From contig NC_043005.1 in assembly GCF_006345805.1 (NCBI RefSeq), positions 15,252,001-15,316,000 of the forward strand: a DNA stretch of 64,000 bases, in the 5' to 3' direction. Shown piece after piece: positions 37,060-51,315 of this stretch. This stretch comes from Octopus sinensis (taxonomy: Eukaryota). How positions within the stretch are numbered: position 1 is the first letter of the stretch; every line of letters begins with the position of its first letter. The notes under the pieces were generated by a model, which made no database searches, was not told the origin of the DNA, and saw only the letters and a program-made list of their open reading frames with translations. The translations under genes were made by a program, and so were the position numbers.

Positions 37060-37650
37060 GTATGGACATATGCATGGCAGAGTGGTTAAGATGTTTTCTC
37101 TACAGTAATGAGGTCCCACTGGAGTCTTGGTTTAAACCCAATTTATGGCATCTTGAGCCTGTGTTTTTATACCATAGCTTCAAGTCAACTCATATAACTT
37201 TTGTATGAATTTATATAGAAGAATTCATTGATGATAGTATCATAAACATTAGATAATAGATATCATGAATGATTATCAAACATGATAAGCACTAATTTGA
37301 ACCAGAAAAAAACAGCAAGCCTACTTGGATGGATCATATGTCAGTCACTTGTTCCATAACCACCTTGTATTATATTACAGGGCAACTGTCATTCCCTCTT
37401 ATTGAATTTGATACTATAAATGTTGTTTTATACTGTTCTAATTTATTTACTTATAGCCATAAGCATGGCTGAGTGGTTAAGATGTTTTCTCTATGATAAT
37501 GAGATCCTGTTGGAGTCCTGGTTTAAACGCAATGTATGGCATCTTGAGCCAGGGTTTTTATACCATAGCTTCGAGTGAACCCTTGCTTTTTGCTTTTTGA
37601 GCCAACAAATTAACTAACTAACTAACTAACTTTTGAGTGAATTTATATAG
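37060..37650 (+). repeat. Local direct duplication of a decayed SINE (~410-bp period)
   Basis: Both copies share the private sequence GAGTGGTTAAGATGTTTTCTCTA...GGTTTAAAC...TTTTATACCATAGCTTC. Confidence 0.75.
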
Positions 37651-40116
37651 AGGGAAACTGTATAGTAACTGCACTTGTAAATCAAAGGTCCAGCTTTGTG
37701 GCATACTGTGTCCCACTGATTCTAAATGATAATTACAATAAGGGTTCATGTGTTTGGGAAATAATTTAACCACTTAGTGATTAATTTAATGAATTGGTAA
37801 TTCAGCTGGTTGAACAGCAGGATGCTCGTCATAAAAACCAACAGAGACTCCATTCTTTTATTTCCACAGTATCTCATCTACTTCAGAGATATTTTTTCTA
37901 TTCTACTTATAGTTAGATCCATGAATATGAAGTGAATCAGATCATCAACTGTCCTATTGTTTTTTTTTTTCCTGTTTTAAATTGGTGCTTATAATCTCTA
38001 ATATCAAAAGGACAGTGTTCTTAAGGATGGTGTGATGATAATGTTAGTAGTGGCAGCAGTGGTTGAGAGCAGGACTACAGATGTCTGGCTCTTTGTAATA
38101 GCAAGTATTGCGTGGTTGCTGTATTGTGTTGGAGTATGCTGCTGCAACAAAGTGTGCCACTTGTGTGTCCTAAAAATAATTTATTTTGGTTATTTTTATT
38201 TCATTGTGTTAGTAGTCTTTGGACGGCCAGTGATGATGCAAAATGGTATGATGTAACCTTTGTAGATTATTGCACAAAGGGATTGGGAGTCCAGACAGGC
38301 TGTTATAATCCCTCGTGGATCATGCTCTCTCTCCACCTTTTGGAAGAAGGAGCTGCACACAGCCTTCATGGGCCATTTGAGACCGGTGAGATTGATGTTG
38401 CTAACATTTTGCTTGAACTGTTGCAAGTTTGCAAGTTACTGGCTGCTGGAAAAATGTGCAGGGAGGGAATTTCTGAGGACCAACATTCTGGTGAGGAAGG
38501 ACTAGACATAATGATTAATGTGGGGACTTGAGGAAGTGGACATAATATGGGAGAATGAACTGAGGAGAGATGAGTAAATTAAAAGTACCTGAGTGGAAGT
38601 GGTTTGAGACTGGCCTGCACGAGAAAGCATAGGCTATTGTAATTATAGTGATAGAAAAGTTGGAGGGAGAAGATATCTGTGGGTCAGAGGTTGGAGTGTA
38701 TTAGTTTGTGACTTAATGACAATCAATTAATGGCCATTCTTTGGCTGCAGTCTAGCATATCTGTGTCTGTAGTAGCTGTGTTAGATAAAAGAGCAGTAGT
38801 ATATTAAAAGCTTATGTTGTTCCTTTTGTTTCTCCAAAATAGGATGGTTGTAATTTCTCTCTCTCTCTCTTGCTCTTCCTCTCTCTCTCTCTCTTTCTCC
38901 CTCTGTCACTTCATGTTTCTGCATAGTATTCAGCTGCTAAATTCCAATTGTGAGATATGTCAACTCAAGGCTACAGTAATAAAAAAACCTGCCCAAGATG
39001 CTGAGCAAATACTTTAGTTTTTCAGTGACTTTTCAAAGTAATGAAGAATTTTAAAGGGCATACAAAAACTACATGTAACTTTATTTATTGGTTATTTGCA
39101 ACACAAACAAGAGGCAAATGTTTAACCTATTAAAACTCTTATATATCATTATTGTAACATTAATGGAATTTAAACTAAGATTTTAATTTAAATATGAAGA
39201 CACAAAAGTGCTCAAATACTGGATAAATGCTTCTGCTTACTTTTAATCTAATTTTTCTTTTGTCTTAAGACTTTAACCAACAAGAATGGTAAGGCACAAT
39301 GGATTACTCTTGAACACAAAATAACTGGTAGTTCATGAGTTTATATCTGCTGGGGGTATGTTTGTTGTTTCTAGTAATCCTAATTGCTCATTCTGCACCA
39401 TTCTACATGTAAAGGGTTGACTTTAATAGTTTTCTTTTTTTTATTAATTTATTATTATTATTCATACACAAACACACATGTTTAAAAATAAAAATTAAGT
39501 CTTGGATTTTGCTGTAAAAAATTTTTTTGACATTTATTTTTATGGCCTTATGCTAATGGATTAATTAGTAGCTGTGAAGGGATTAATTATGACGATCAAT
39601 TTATCAATCATAGTAATGAAAGAATTATGACGAACAGCTAAGAGTAGCAAAAAAGTCTAAGGTTCTTTCTTTTCTTTTTTTTTGTATGTTTTTATGGGTG
39701 TTTTTTTAATAACAGACATTACTGGAAAATATTTGATGCAGTATTTTTTTTAAAATCCACCCTGATCTATAAAAAAAAAAAGCAAGCAAAATCTCCATTT
39801 TGCTTGATCATTCTTCATTTACTTTTTCCAGTTGTCTAAGTGTGTCACCCTTACAAAAAAAGAAAAACAAAAATTTTATTTTTAGCACTGTCAGGGTTAG
39901 TGGGATTGGCACGCTTGTTAGAGCAGTGGTCTAAATCTATGCCTTGTATTTAGTTACATCCTTTTATGTTCTGAGTTCAAATTCCACCTGGGCTGGTTTT
40001 TCCTTTCATTCTTACAGAAGTTGATAAAAGAAGTACCTGAGAGTCAATTTATTTGACATCCCCACTCTGACAAAATTCATGGCACTTTTTTTTTTTTTGT
40101 TTTTGGAAATCATCAT

Positions 40117-40147
<31 letters not shown>

Positions 40148-40682
40148 GTATTTCCTGAATGTTCTAAACTTTCATAAGTTAGTGGGTGTAGATTCAACAA
40201 TGTTGAATCTTAATTCTTCATATCGTGTGCTTGGCTCCACCTTCATTTCCTCGCCATAGAAACTCATTACAGTGAATGCTTACCCTTTTACATCATCATG
40301 TGTAGTGTTCAGTATGTGTATGTATTTATTACATGTGTGTGTGCGTGTATATGTAAATGTTTGTGCATGTATATGCACATGTTTCTATGCCTGTGCATGT
40401 GTGTGTATATGTATGTGCTAATATGTGTGAATATACATGTAAATGTGTATGCGTGTGCATAATCAATGCTTAATTAACAGAATTTTACACTTATTTTTAA
40501 AACCATATAAAATGAGAAACAAACTAACAAACAAGACACCTAAAGCTAAACATTAGAAATGGCATTTATTTAAAAGTTTAGTGTTTTTATTTATTGCTAA
40601 TAATTATATGGCTCATTAATCTTGACATTAAAACATTGTGTTTCTATGTTTGTATGTCCCTGAATTTATTTATGTGTGTATA

Positions 40683-40733
<51 letters not shown>

Positions 40734-42279
40734 TGTGTGTGTGTGTGTGTGCTTCTGTATGTGTGTTTATTTGTATAACACTGTATTTATTTATTTGTAT
40801 GTATGTGTATGTTCATTTTTCTCTCTTACACACACACATGCAAGACTATCCTCAAGGCTATCAGACAGATTTAATTGTTAAAAGTAGTTTCTAGTCATGG
40901 CACTTTCCTGGTGCTGACACCAATTCCATCTGTTTACAACCGTCGTAGCACTGGTGAGGCAAGGAGCTATAATCATTTTTTATAATTACACACATATTTT
41001 ATGAGTCTATATCCATTATAACTTAATAAATAACATTATAATCACAGTCCATTTGTTATAAACTTGATGATGTCATTGGAAATAACTGGCCAAGCAGGCA
41101 GACATCATAACTTAGTCACAGCAGTTCAGACATCATTAGTAATAACAACTTAAGATGTCATAACTGAACTATTTTAGTCATAACAGTGACAACTCCAGCC
41201 ATCATAACTGTTATTCAAACATCATAAATTAAGGTGTTAACAAGCAAGTTCATTAGTCATAACTTGGTTATCTTACAGCATAGATATCATAATTTGGGTG
41301 GGTGGAGGGATAGTATTATCAGACCTCATCATCATAAGTGAATATCTTCTTAATAACAATTCTCACATCATAACATGAAATCTTAAGTCATAAATATTCA
41401 AGTTTTAGTAATAACACTCATAATTCATATTATAATTCAATAGCCCTGCAATGTTTGTTGTGATTATTGTTGAGGCTATAATGATGACTATGATTGTTGT
41501 TGTTTGACTCCATGCCAGCCCCAGTGATCATCCTTTCTTTTTAAGATGTTAGGATGTGATTTGAGGGAGACTTGGCTGCTAATATTATCAGGTCAAGCAA
41601 CTGCATAGGGGTGGTTCTCTCATTAGCTCAAGATTTCCTGATTTGGTTTGACATTCTGCCAAGAGTTTGTTGTGGTTAGTGATGTGATGATGGTTGTTAT
41701 TGTTCTAATAATGATCTTAATTGCCATGCTAATTGTGATATTATAGGGACACTCATTGCCACTTTTGAAGTAACCGTTGTGGTTATGGAAACTTGTAGTC
41801 TCATGTCTGTCACGAGTTCTACAGGTTCAAGGGGCCACAGCTTATTCTGGTATGTAAGCAACTAAGAATACAATACTGCCCCATTGAAAAGGATATCAAT
41901 CCCTTGCAAAGTTTACTCCCCAGCTGTTGCTGGGGCTCATTCTCAGCTGAGTGGACAGGAGCAACAATTTGCTTCCCAGCCTGGGAATTGAAACCGTGGC
42001 CTTATGATTACAAGTCCAACACCCTAACCACTTGAATACATACCTCCACATACCACGATAATAGTGTTGGTAGTTCTGGTTGTTGTTATTGTTATAATAG
42101 TGATGGTGATTATGGTAGTTTCGTGCTGAAAGCTAATAGCCGTCCTGGTGGTGGTAGGAGTTGGAAATCTCATTATCTACCTTGACCTCTAAATATCATA
42201 GTAAAACACTACTACCTACTAATGTTTTTCACCATCAATTATTTGTGATTATTTGCTCCTCAGCTGCCTTCTGCTTCTC

Positions 42280-42368
<89 letters not shown>

Positions 42369-42944
42369 TTTATGTATACATACAGTTATGTATATGATAT
42401 TAACCTTTATAAGCAGCTATTTTAGGCATAAATGGAATTTCACATATGTATACATACATACATGCATGCATGCATACATATATAATATTCACACATACAC
42501 ACACAGATTTATGTATACATACATTTATGTATATGATATTAACTGTTATATGCATGAGTATCGGTCAGAAAAAGAAATAAACTCACACACACACATTTTC
42601 AGTAAAACTTAGCTATATTCATGACTAACAATTAAAAAAATTTATTTGCAATTCCCACCCTGCCTATTTCTTCATTAAGTCTTACCCCTTCAGTACTGTA
42701 CGTCAGAATGTGTGTAAATGTATGTGTGCATGCACATGAGCATGTGTGTATGTGTGTGTATGAGAGAGCGAAAGACAATAGGCAAGCAACATTATCATTG
42801 TTAGGAAACATACCAACAGTAGTGTATGTAATTTACAAACAAGAGGATTCAGAGAGCACAAACCTCCATCAAGGCAACACCAATGTCCTATCAATGATTA
42901 GCCAGAGATGATTTTTAAAAAATGAACCTGACTGCTCTCAAAAA

Positions 42945-43135
42945 CTAAATAAGAAAACAAGAAAAATAATCCAGAATCCTTGTCCAGTACTGGATCGATC
43001 CCAAAATCTAATCAGTTCGTGCCAGTCACGAGGCCAAACATCCCTGGAAGTTTCATCCGAATCCATCCAGTGGTTCTTGGGATATCTTGTCCACCAACAA
43101 GCAAACAAATATTACTGAAAACAATACCTCTGCCT
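42945..43135 (+). mobile_element. Helentron/HINE-like non-autonomous element
   Basis: AAGTTTCATCCGAATCCATCCAG...GATATC...CAAACAAA...GAAAACAATACCTC resembles DINE-1/HINE 3' ends (from memory, not searched). Confidence 0.5.
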
Positions 43136-43667
43136 ATGTAGACAAATGCATTTACTATTCTTATTCCTTAAAACATAGATAGATTGATAGATACATACAT
43201 ACATACAAATATTGTTAAGCATGCACTCTTACACACATACACATATGTGTGTGTGTGTGTGTGTAATATGAATGTGTGTGTGGATGTATAGATGTGCAAT
43301 ATAGTACTCAATATATGTAGTGGAATTTATTTATTTGTTCAGCCTTAAGTATTTGGGTCACAAAAGAATTGCTTTAAGTGAGGGTCCCTGAGCACCGATG
43401 AAATAAATCATCAGTTTCAAATAAATGTATACACACACACATAGATAAACAAATATATACACCTAGCCTCAGGTTGGCACAAGACTCATATACACATACA
43501 TATATATGCCTTTGATCAGAGGTCTGTTCAATCATGGCTTACCTGATTGTACAATATTATTGAAATAACAACAATGATTTGCTCTTCCAAATATTGAGTG
43601 TGTAACTAAAGAGGTAAACTCTGTATTTCATGGTGAACGGAAATATTGACATAAATGATAATGGTGG

Positions 43668-43698
<31 letters not shown>

Positions 43699-43928
43699 GG
43701 TGGTGGTGGTGGTGGTGGTAGTGATGATTTCCAGATAAACTTAGCAAATCTCTCATTTTTTATTTTTTATTTTTTTTTATACACCCACCCCTTCTCTTTG
43801 ATTTGTTTCTGTTATTTTTTAAAATTTGTTTTGTTGTTGCTAAAAAAATTTAAAAGATCTAACAAAATAATCTTGCAAAAAAAAAAAAAGATATCCCGTC
43901 TGTGATTTTAGTAAACCATATATATATA

Positions 43929-43992
<64 letters not shown>

Positions 43993-44953
43993 AGTTTATC
44001 TCATCTGTGTACATAATTGTCAAGAGAAATTTATTATTAAATTTTTCTTAAGACTTACAACAATAATAACAATGATAATAATTAGCTGAATATTTAGAGT
44101 AGACAGCAAATTATTACTTTAAATTATGTAGAGGTGGTTGAGACAGTGGAGAGCTGGACTAATATTTGGTCATTTAGTTTCCTCTCTCAATGTTCTGAGT
44201 TCAAATCCTGCTGAGTTCATTTTAAAATTTTATCCTGTTGAGGGTAAGTCAATAAAATATGTATGAATAATGCTCCTGCCTGTATCCTCCTCTTACCTAC
44301 AAAAATATATCAATTTACCTTTTTTTTTTAATTTATACCATAATTCTCCATTCATATCATAATGTTTTTCTTAATAATTTTGTATATCTGTTTTATAATA
44401 TATAATTGTAAATGTCATATTTATGTGGTTGTGCGTGTATATATGTATGTGCATTTGTTCATACATTTATATATATATATATATATACATACACACACAC
44501 ATGCCAAATCAGACTGGAGTCTGGTGTAGCACCTCAGCTTACCAACCCTGGTCAAACTGTCCAACCCATGCCAGCATGGACAATAGACTTTAAATGATGA
44601 TAATGATGAAGATGTTGGTACAAACACACACTCACATATATGTATGTAAAATGTTTTGTTTTTCTTCAGTTAACAGATTGTCAAGGACTGTATGTTATAA
44701 TTGTGAAATATATGTGAAAAATTGAATGAATAGAATGGATGGGCAATCTATATTTACTTGTACATATGTATGTTCTTAATTTTAAACATGAAAAATCATA
44801 TCAATGCAACAAGAAGCAATTTTGATACAGTTCTATAAAGTCTTTAACTAAGTTTTAAATTATCTTTAACAAACACTTCCTCTTTACCATATTTCTTTAT
44901 TATTCAACTGCGATGTCGCATACAGTTTTCTTCTTTCTTTATCTATAATAATC

Positions 44954-45262
44954 ATCATCATCATCATCATTTAGCGTCCGCTTTCCATGCTAGCATGGGT
45001 TGGACGGTTCAACTGGGGTCTGTGAAGCCAGAAGGCTGCATCAGGCCCAGTCTGATCTGGCAGTGTTTCTACAGCTGGATGCCCTTCCTAACGCCAACCA
45101 CTCCGTGAGTGTAGTGGGTGCTTTTTACGTGCCACCCACACAGGTGCCAGACGGAGCTGGCAGACGGCCATGGACGGATGGTGCTTTTTACGTGCCACCA
45201 GCACGGGGGCCAGGCGAGGCTGGCAGACGGCCACGGACGGATGGTGCTTTTTACATGCCACT
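44954..45262 (-). mobile_element. (GAT)n-tailed retroposon family D with internal ~55-bp subrepeats
   Basis: Tail GCATGGAAAGCGGACGCTAAATGATGATG on the minus strand; three TGCTTTTTACGTGCCACC subunits; relatives near 10720, 19050, 27450, 28300, 50189, 51316 and 60000. Confidence 0.75.
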
Positions 45263-45389
45263 TTTTTAAGCTCTACTTTTAAATAATTCATTGATGTCTT
45301 CCATAAAAATAATTCTATAATTTTGGTGATTATAGCAGCAAATAAAATTCATGATATATTTGTAGATATCATAACATATATATTTATTT

Positions 45390-45532
45390 ACTGCACAACA
45401 AAAGATGTCACATCTATGCTTACTGCATAGCAACACATATCACAGCTGTGCACACTGTACAGCAAAAGATATCACACTTGTGTTCACTGCACAACAAATG
45501 ATATCACATCTGTGCTCATTACACAACAAATG
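45390..45532. repeat. 32-bp minisatellite, about 4.5 diverged units
   Basis: Consensus ACTGCACAACAAAAGATATCACATCTGTGCTC at 45390, 45422, 45454, 45486 and a partial unit at 45518. Confidence 0.85.
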
Positions 45533-46526
45533 CTTGCCAGTTATGAGATTTTAACGAAGGATTGTTACAACAAGGCAGACAAACGAAACTTATCGGTAAT
45601 ATTGGAATGTTTTGGAAGAACTAATAATTCTTTTACAAAAGAATACCTTCTACCCTCAAAATTGCTTGCTTTGTGCCAAAATTAGAAAGAATTATTATTA
45701 TTATTATTATTAAAGAGGTGAGCTGGCAGAATCTTTAGCACGCTGGATGAAATGCTTAACAATGGTATTTCACCTGTTGCTATGTTCTGAGTTCAAATTC
45801 TGCTGAAGTCGACTTTGCCTTTCATCCCTTCAGGGGTTGATAAAATAAGTACCAGTTATGCACTGAGGTCGATGAAATCGACTAACCCCCTCCGCCAAAT
45901 TTCAGGCCTAGAAAGGATTATAATTATTGTTATTATTATTATTGGTGGTGGTGGTGGAGTGGCAGAATTGATAGAGCATTGGAGAAATTGCCTTGCTATC
46001 TTTGTTCTGTTTCTTTACGTTCTGAGTTCAAATCCTGGTGAAGTCAACTTTGCCTTTCACTCTTCTGGAGTTGATAAAATATAGTACCAGTCAAGTACTG
46101 GGAATGATTTAATCAATTACCCCTCCCCTCAAAATTGCTGGCCTTGTTCCTAAGTTAGAAACATTTTTTTTTTTTTTTTTTTAAATTTTTTCCACAATGT
46201 TCTTCCCATTCATTTTACATAATGAAATCCTAATTCAGCTCCAAACTAAAGCAAGAAGGGATTTCATTCAAAATTCCCCCCCTTTTTTTTTTGTTAAGAA
46301 AGATATTTGAACCATTATTGATCTCAGCTACTGTTCTCAACTACATATGTAAATGTTGCTTTTTCTTATCACTCCTTTTTGAATGTATATATCTTCTGTA
46401 CTAAATTGTTAATTATATATTTTACCAAAAAAATGTAAATAAAATTTGAAAAAAAATAATTAACTATATCAAAAAGAAAAATGTGTTGGCTTTTGTCATT
46501 TTGGCAATTTTAATTTTCAGCTCTCT

Positions 46527-46878
46527 TTTACTTGTTTGTCATTTGACTGAGTCCATGCTGGAACACCGCCTTTAGTCTAGCAAATCGACCCCAAGACTTA
46601 TTCTTTGTAAGCCATTGGTCTCTTTGTCGAACCGCTAAGTTACGGGGATGCAAACACGCCAGCATCGGTGATGTTGGGGGGACAAACACACACACTCACA
46701 TACATTTATATATATATTTATATACATACATACATACGACGGGCTTCTTTCAGTTTCCATCTACCAAATCCACTCACAAGGCTTTGATTGGCTCGAGGCT
46801 ATAGTAGAAGATACTTGCCCAAGGTGCCACGCAATGGGACTGAACCCAGAACCATGTAGTTCGCAAGCAAGCTACTTA
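46527..46878 (-). mobile_element. SINE family A
   Basis: Reverse-complement copy. Confidence 0.85.
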
Positions 46879-47635
46879 CCACACAGCCACTCCTACACCT
46901 TATATTCATACTTACTTTAAAATTATATAAGGAGTATCTTTCAAACACCATTTTAAATAACGACCACGTTATCTTACTAAATTCTTTATTTTCAAAATTA
47001 ACTGATGCAGTTCCCTACTCTCAAGATGAGGCTCTTATCATTAGGGCAGTAGTGATTTGGTTGAACCTGTTGTACATGAGATAAAATGCCTTGCTGGTGT
47101 TTAGTTATGCCCCAAGTTCCTCTCTCATATAAGTCAACATCCTTCCAATTTTGATAACATTATTACCAACTGAATTAACTCTTTGCTGTGTACAAATTTG
47201 TATCATTGTGTCTATATCTATCAGTAAATTCGCTCAGCAGAATCTTTAGCATGCTGAGCAAAATGCCTTCAGGTTACTTCATGGTTACTTTACATTCTGA
47301 ATTTAAATGTTATTTTGCCTTTCATCCTAACTGGACTGATAAAATAATTGGTTATCTCTACACAAAATTTCTGGCCATGTTCTGAATAAGAAATTGTTTT
47401 ATAGGAAATTAAATAACAGCATAAAACAAATTTAATCCAAGTATGACCATTTATTTCTTTACTGTTTGTTGAGGCTAAATTCATGGTGTAACTGTCCACA
47501 AAGGAGTTAATTCTGCACAGCCTCTTGTCAACTTGTGTAACATTTTGGAGAATTGACTTGTTGCTTCTTTGTGGTGCTTGTTTTCAGATAAATCAACCAA
47601 TTGTGTCGCAGTTCTTCAACAGAATTGCACTGTTG

Positions 47636-47861
47636 AAAGGCGGAGAGCTGGCAGAAATGTTAACACACCGAGCAAGAATGCTTAGCAATATTTCAACTAC
47701 CGTTACGTTCTGAGTTCAAATTCCACCGAGGTCGACTTTGCCTTTCATCCTTTTGGGGTCGATAAATTAAATACCAGTTACACACTGGGGGTCGATGTAA
47801 TTGACTTAATCCCTTTGTCTGTCCCCCCTGTGTTTAGCCCCTTGTGGGCAATAAAGAAATA
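47636..47861 (+). mobile_element. tRNA-derived SINE family C with 15-bp TSD
   Basis: TSD AGAATTGCACTGTTG at 47621-47635 and 47862-47876; other copies near 13271, 45713, 45953, 47225 and 61860-62200. Confidence 0.88.
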
Positions 47862-48287
47862 AGAATTGCACTGTTGTCTCAAATTAGCACAAAGCACTAA
47901 ATTCACTTACACGTATTTACCATGAATGGCTGTATGTATGAAAGATATTTTTTTCAAATATTTGTATGCTCTACATCCTTCTCATACCACAGCGTCTAAT
48001 AGAGAAGAGGCCAGCTAATCTCAAGCATATAATTCTGGGGTCACAGTATGTCTTTGTCGAGCTGCATATGAAAAGTGCCTCCATGAAACAGACCTAGACT
48101 GGATTTTTTTTTTTTAATGAAAGATCTGTAGTTTCATAATGCAGGCAGTTGCTCCTCTCAGCATCAAAGTTTAACCAAATGGAAGACAAGGGGCAATTAA
48201 GACTGGCATCAGTGTTATTGCCATCAGAATGGAAAGAGCTACAATAGATACCTCCAAAACATGTGGAATGAAGTTCAACAATTAGGC

Positions 48288-48677
48288 GCAGGAGTGACTG
48301 TGTGGTAAGTAGCTTGTTTACCGACCACATGGTTCCGGGTTCAGTCCCACTGCGTGGCATTTTGGGCAAGTGTCTTCTATAGCCTCGGGCCGACCAATGC
48401 CTTGTGAGTGGATTTGGTACACGGAAACTGAAAGCCCGTCGTATATATATGTATATATATATATATATGCATGTGTGTTTGTGTGTCTGTCACCCCTAGC
48501 ATTGCTTGACAACCAATGCTGGTGTGTTTATGTCCCCGTTACTTAGCGGTTCGGCAAAAGAGACCGATAGAATAAGTACTGGGCTTACAAAAGAATAAGT
48601 CCCGGAGTCGAGTTGCTCGATTAAAGGCGGTGCTCCAGCATGGCTGCAGTCAAATGACTGAAACAAGTAAAAGAGTA
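48288..48677 (+). mobile_element. SINE family A
   Basis: Full-length copy directly upstream of the CR1 fragment. Confidence 0.88.
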
Positions 48678-48824
48678 ATTATTGATCAGTTCAGCAAGAT
48701 ATTATTAAAAACTACACAAAAGACGTGTGTAATTCAGCTACCCAGGCTTTCCTTGACATTATTCCAATAACTTCCCCACTGTTTGTTTTTCCTTTGTGCT
48801 TTTTCATCTTGGTTTATAAAACTT

Positions 48825-49511
48825 TCACTCCTGGACAAAACACATCGCTAAAATTGTCAAGAAGGCTGAGGGTGTCTTGGCATCACTCACCAAATCCTTT
48901 GTGAGCCGCTCTCCGGCTATCTATCTGCGGCTGTATATAGCTATGGTAAGACCTCACCTGGAGTTTGCATCGCCGGTCTGGAACCCCTATCTTGCCCAGG
49001 ATATCAATCGTCTGGAAGCTGTTCAGCGACGTGCAACCAAAAGAATACCCTCCATCAGGCATTTGCCATATCCTGAACGCCTTACCTCCCTGGGCATGGA
49101 CACATTGAAACTCCGACGTCTGGCAGCTGACTTGGCAGACACCCATAAAATTATCAACCATCGCACAAACAATAACTCTGAGCACCTCTTCAAACTCCAC
49201 CCATCTAACACCCGTGGACATATTTACAAAGTAAGAAAACAGCACAGCTCCCATGACTTTCAGAAACATTTCTTCACGCTGAGAGTTGCTGAAGCATGGA
49301 ACAAACTGCCGACATCGGTTGTTAGTCGTCGGAGCACTGCTTCCTTCAAGACTTCCATGCTTCCTGAGATTCGCCAACACTACACTTGATTTTTTCCCCT
49401 CCATACACCCAGACATTTCTACACTACTGCATGTACTTTATATGCACTTTCTGACAAGTTGTGGTACACCTGAGCACTGTATACAATAATTTCATTATTA
49501 TTATTATTATT
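48825..49511 (+). mobile_element. 5'-truncated CR1-clade LINE 3' end
   Basis: RT C-terminus LYIAMVRPHLEFASPVWNPY...LEAVQRRATK...LRRLAADL...RGH...[14 protein letters not shown]; 3' UTR ending in (TTA)n. Confidence 0.9.
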
Positions 49512-50188
49512 TAAGAGCCTGGTTCTATTTTGCTGGTCAGAGAATTATCTCCCTTTGATTGCTCTCATTTTACAACTTGAGCTGTTAATCCACTGTTGAC
49601 ATAACCAGCTTGAAAAATAGTGAAATAAATTTAATATTTTCTCTAGGAAACCATAGGTAGCTGAATTTCAAGTAGTTTTCATTAACATATTTAAATAAAT
49701 AACATATTTGGTGAAGCCTAGGGTTTCAGTTAGGACCGACCAAATAAATTGTTTACACTCGTTTGGTAGTGAGTGCTCTTTCATCTGATTGTTACCATCT
49801 ATGTATGTTTGGGTGTATGTGAAGGTAATTTCTGGACACAAGTAATTTACAAATATAAATTACACAAATAGGAAAAAGTGATACTTGGTTACACTTTATG
49901 TTAAGCAGAAAGAAGGTGAAGGTTGGTGAGTGAAACAAAGTTTTGTTTCTTTTTTGAATAACAAACCTGGTGCCTTTACAGTAACAGCTGGGTGAAGCAA
50001 AAACGTTGTTCCTATCTTGAGGCAGAACGATATATGAACTAAATTTGAACCCTCAAACCAACCATCAATATCAGTCCAGAGTGTTAACTTGTAGATATTT
50101 CATTTAGTTACCTAGTTGTTCTATGCCCAGTTTACTCATTATACAAAGTATTCACTGGTAGTTTTTTCATCACCCAGTTCACTATGTA

Positions 50189-50550
50189 CATCATCATCAT
50201 TTAACGTCCGTTTTCCATGCTAGCATGGGTTGGACGGTTCAACCGGGAACTGGTAAGCCATGGAGGCTGCACCAGGCTCCAGTCTGATTTGGCAGTGTTT
50301 CTACAGCTGGATGCCCTTCCTAACGCCAACCACTCCATGAGTGTAGTGGGTGTCTTTTACGTGCCACCAACACAGGAGCCAGCGCAGGCTGGCAAATGGC
50401 CAGGATCAGTTGGTGCTTTTACGTGTCACCAGCACTGGTGTCTTAACTACAATTACCATTCGAATTTTTGATGTAGATGTACTTGACTCAACAGGTCTCC
50501 TCAAGAACAGTGGGTCACTCTACAATCCAAGGTTAGCACAGCAGGCTGTC
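50189..50550 (-). mobile_element. Retroposon family D
   Basis: Collinear with 44954-45262. Confidence 0.75.
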
Positions 50551-51315
50551 CTGTGAGCATGAACTCACTTCATTGTTCATAAGTAGTTCTGTAACATATA
50601 ACCATTCATTCTCTTAGCACACTTTCCATTCTGAGCTGGGGTTGGAAAATTTGACAGGATCCAACAAGTCAGAAGCCTGTGTCCAGTTCCAAAACAGAAT
50701 ACTGGAGATTGACACAGTCCTGTCAACCACCCCAACTCATGCTGCATGCAATACGGACACTACATAACAATTCACCAAATGACCACTATAAATTTTCTGT
50801 CATTTCTTTTTCAACATACAATAGGAATTTAAAGAAGATAATAATAGCCATGGACATAATAGGTGAAGGCATGGCTGCATGGTTAAAAAAGTTCTCTTAG
50901 GAACTCAACAGTTTGGAGTTCGCTCCCACTGTGAGGAAGCTTTGAACATCATCTGTAGTTGTGGATTGATCGATATTTTTTGAGTAGAATTTGGTACACA
51001 AACTAGAATAAGCTTGATAAATTTGAGTGGGCGTGTGTGTAAGTGCATTTTTTTTGTATTGACATGCACTGACTGTAAGCTGTCACCATTCATACAAACA
51101 GTATTGTTAGATTGCAATTTTCTGTGAAAACATGTCCTGTACGTTCACTCTCCAACAGACTGAAACAGAATACTGACTGGAAGCGAGTATTGGCAACAGG
51201 AGAGGCATTAGGCCACAGAAAATTGTTTTAAATTCTTGTCTTACGATGGGTGACAAGAACATGGTGCAAATCAAGACATTTTAAGTTGTAATGTACTTAT
51301 TTTTATTCATTATTT

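Noticed and set aside
38112-38800. 139-aa and 76-aa ORFs
   Set aside because: No recognisable host-protein motif or exon borders; possibly a decayed minus-strand LINE, but I could not assign motifs confidently
41010-41435. Repeat-and-spacer look suggesting CRISPR
   Set aside because: Motif only 6-8 bp, spacing irregular, no cas genes, eukaryotic context
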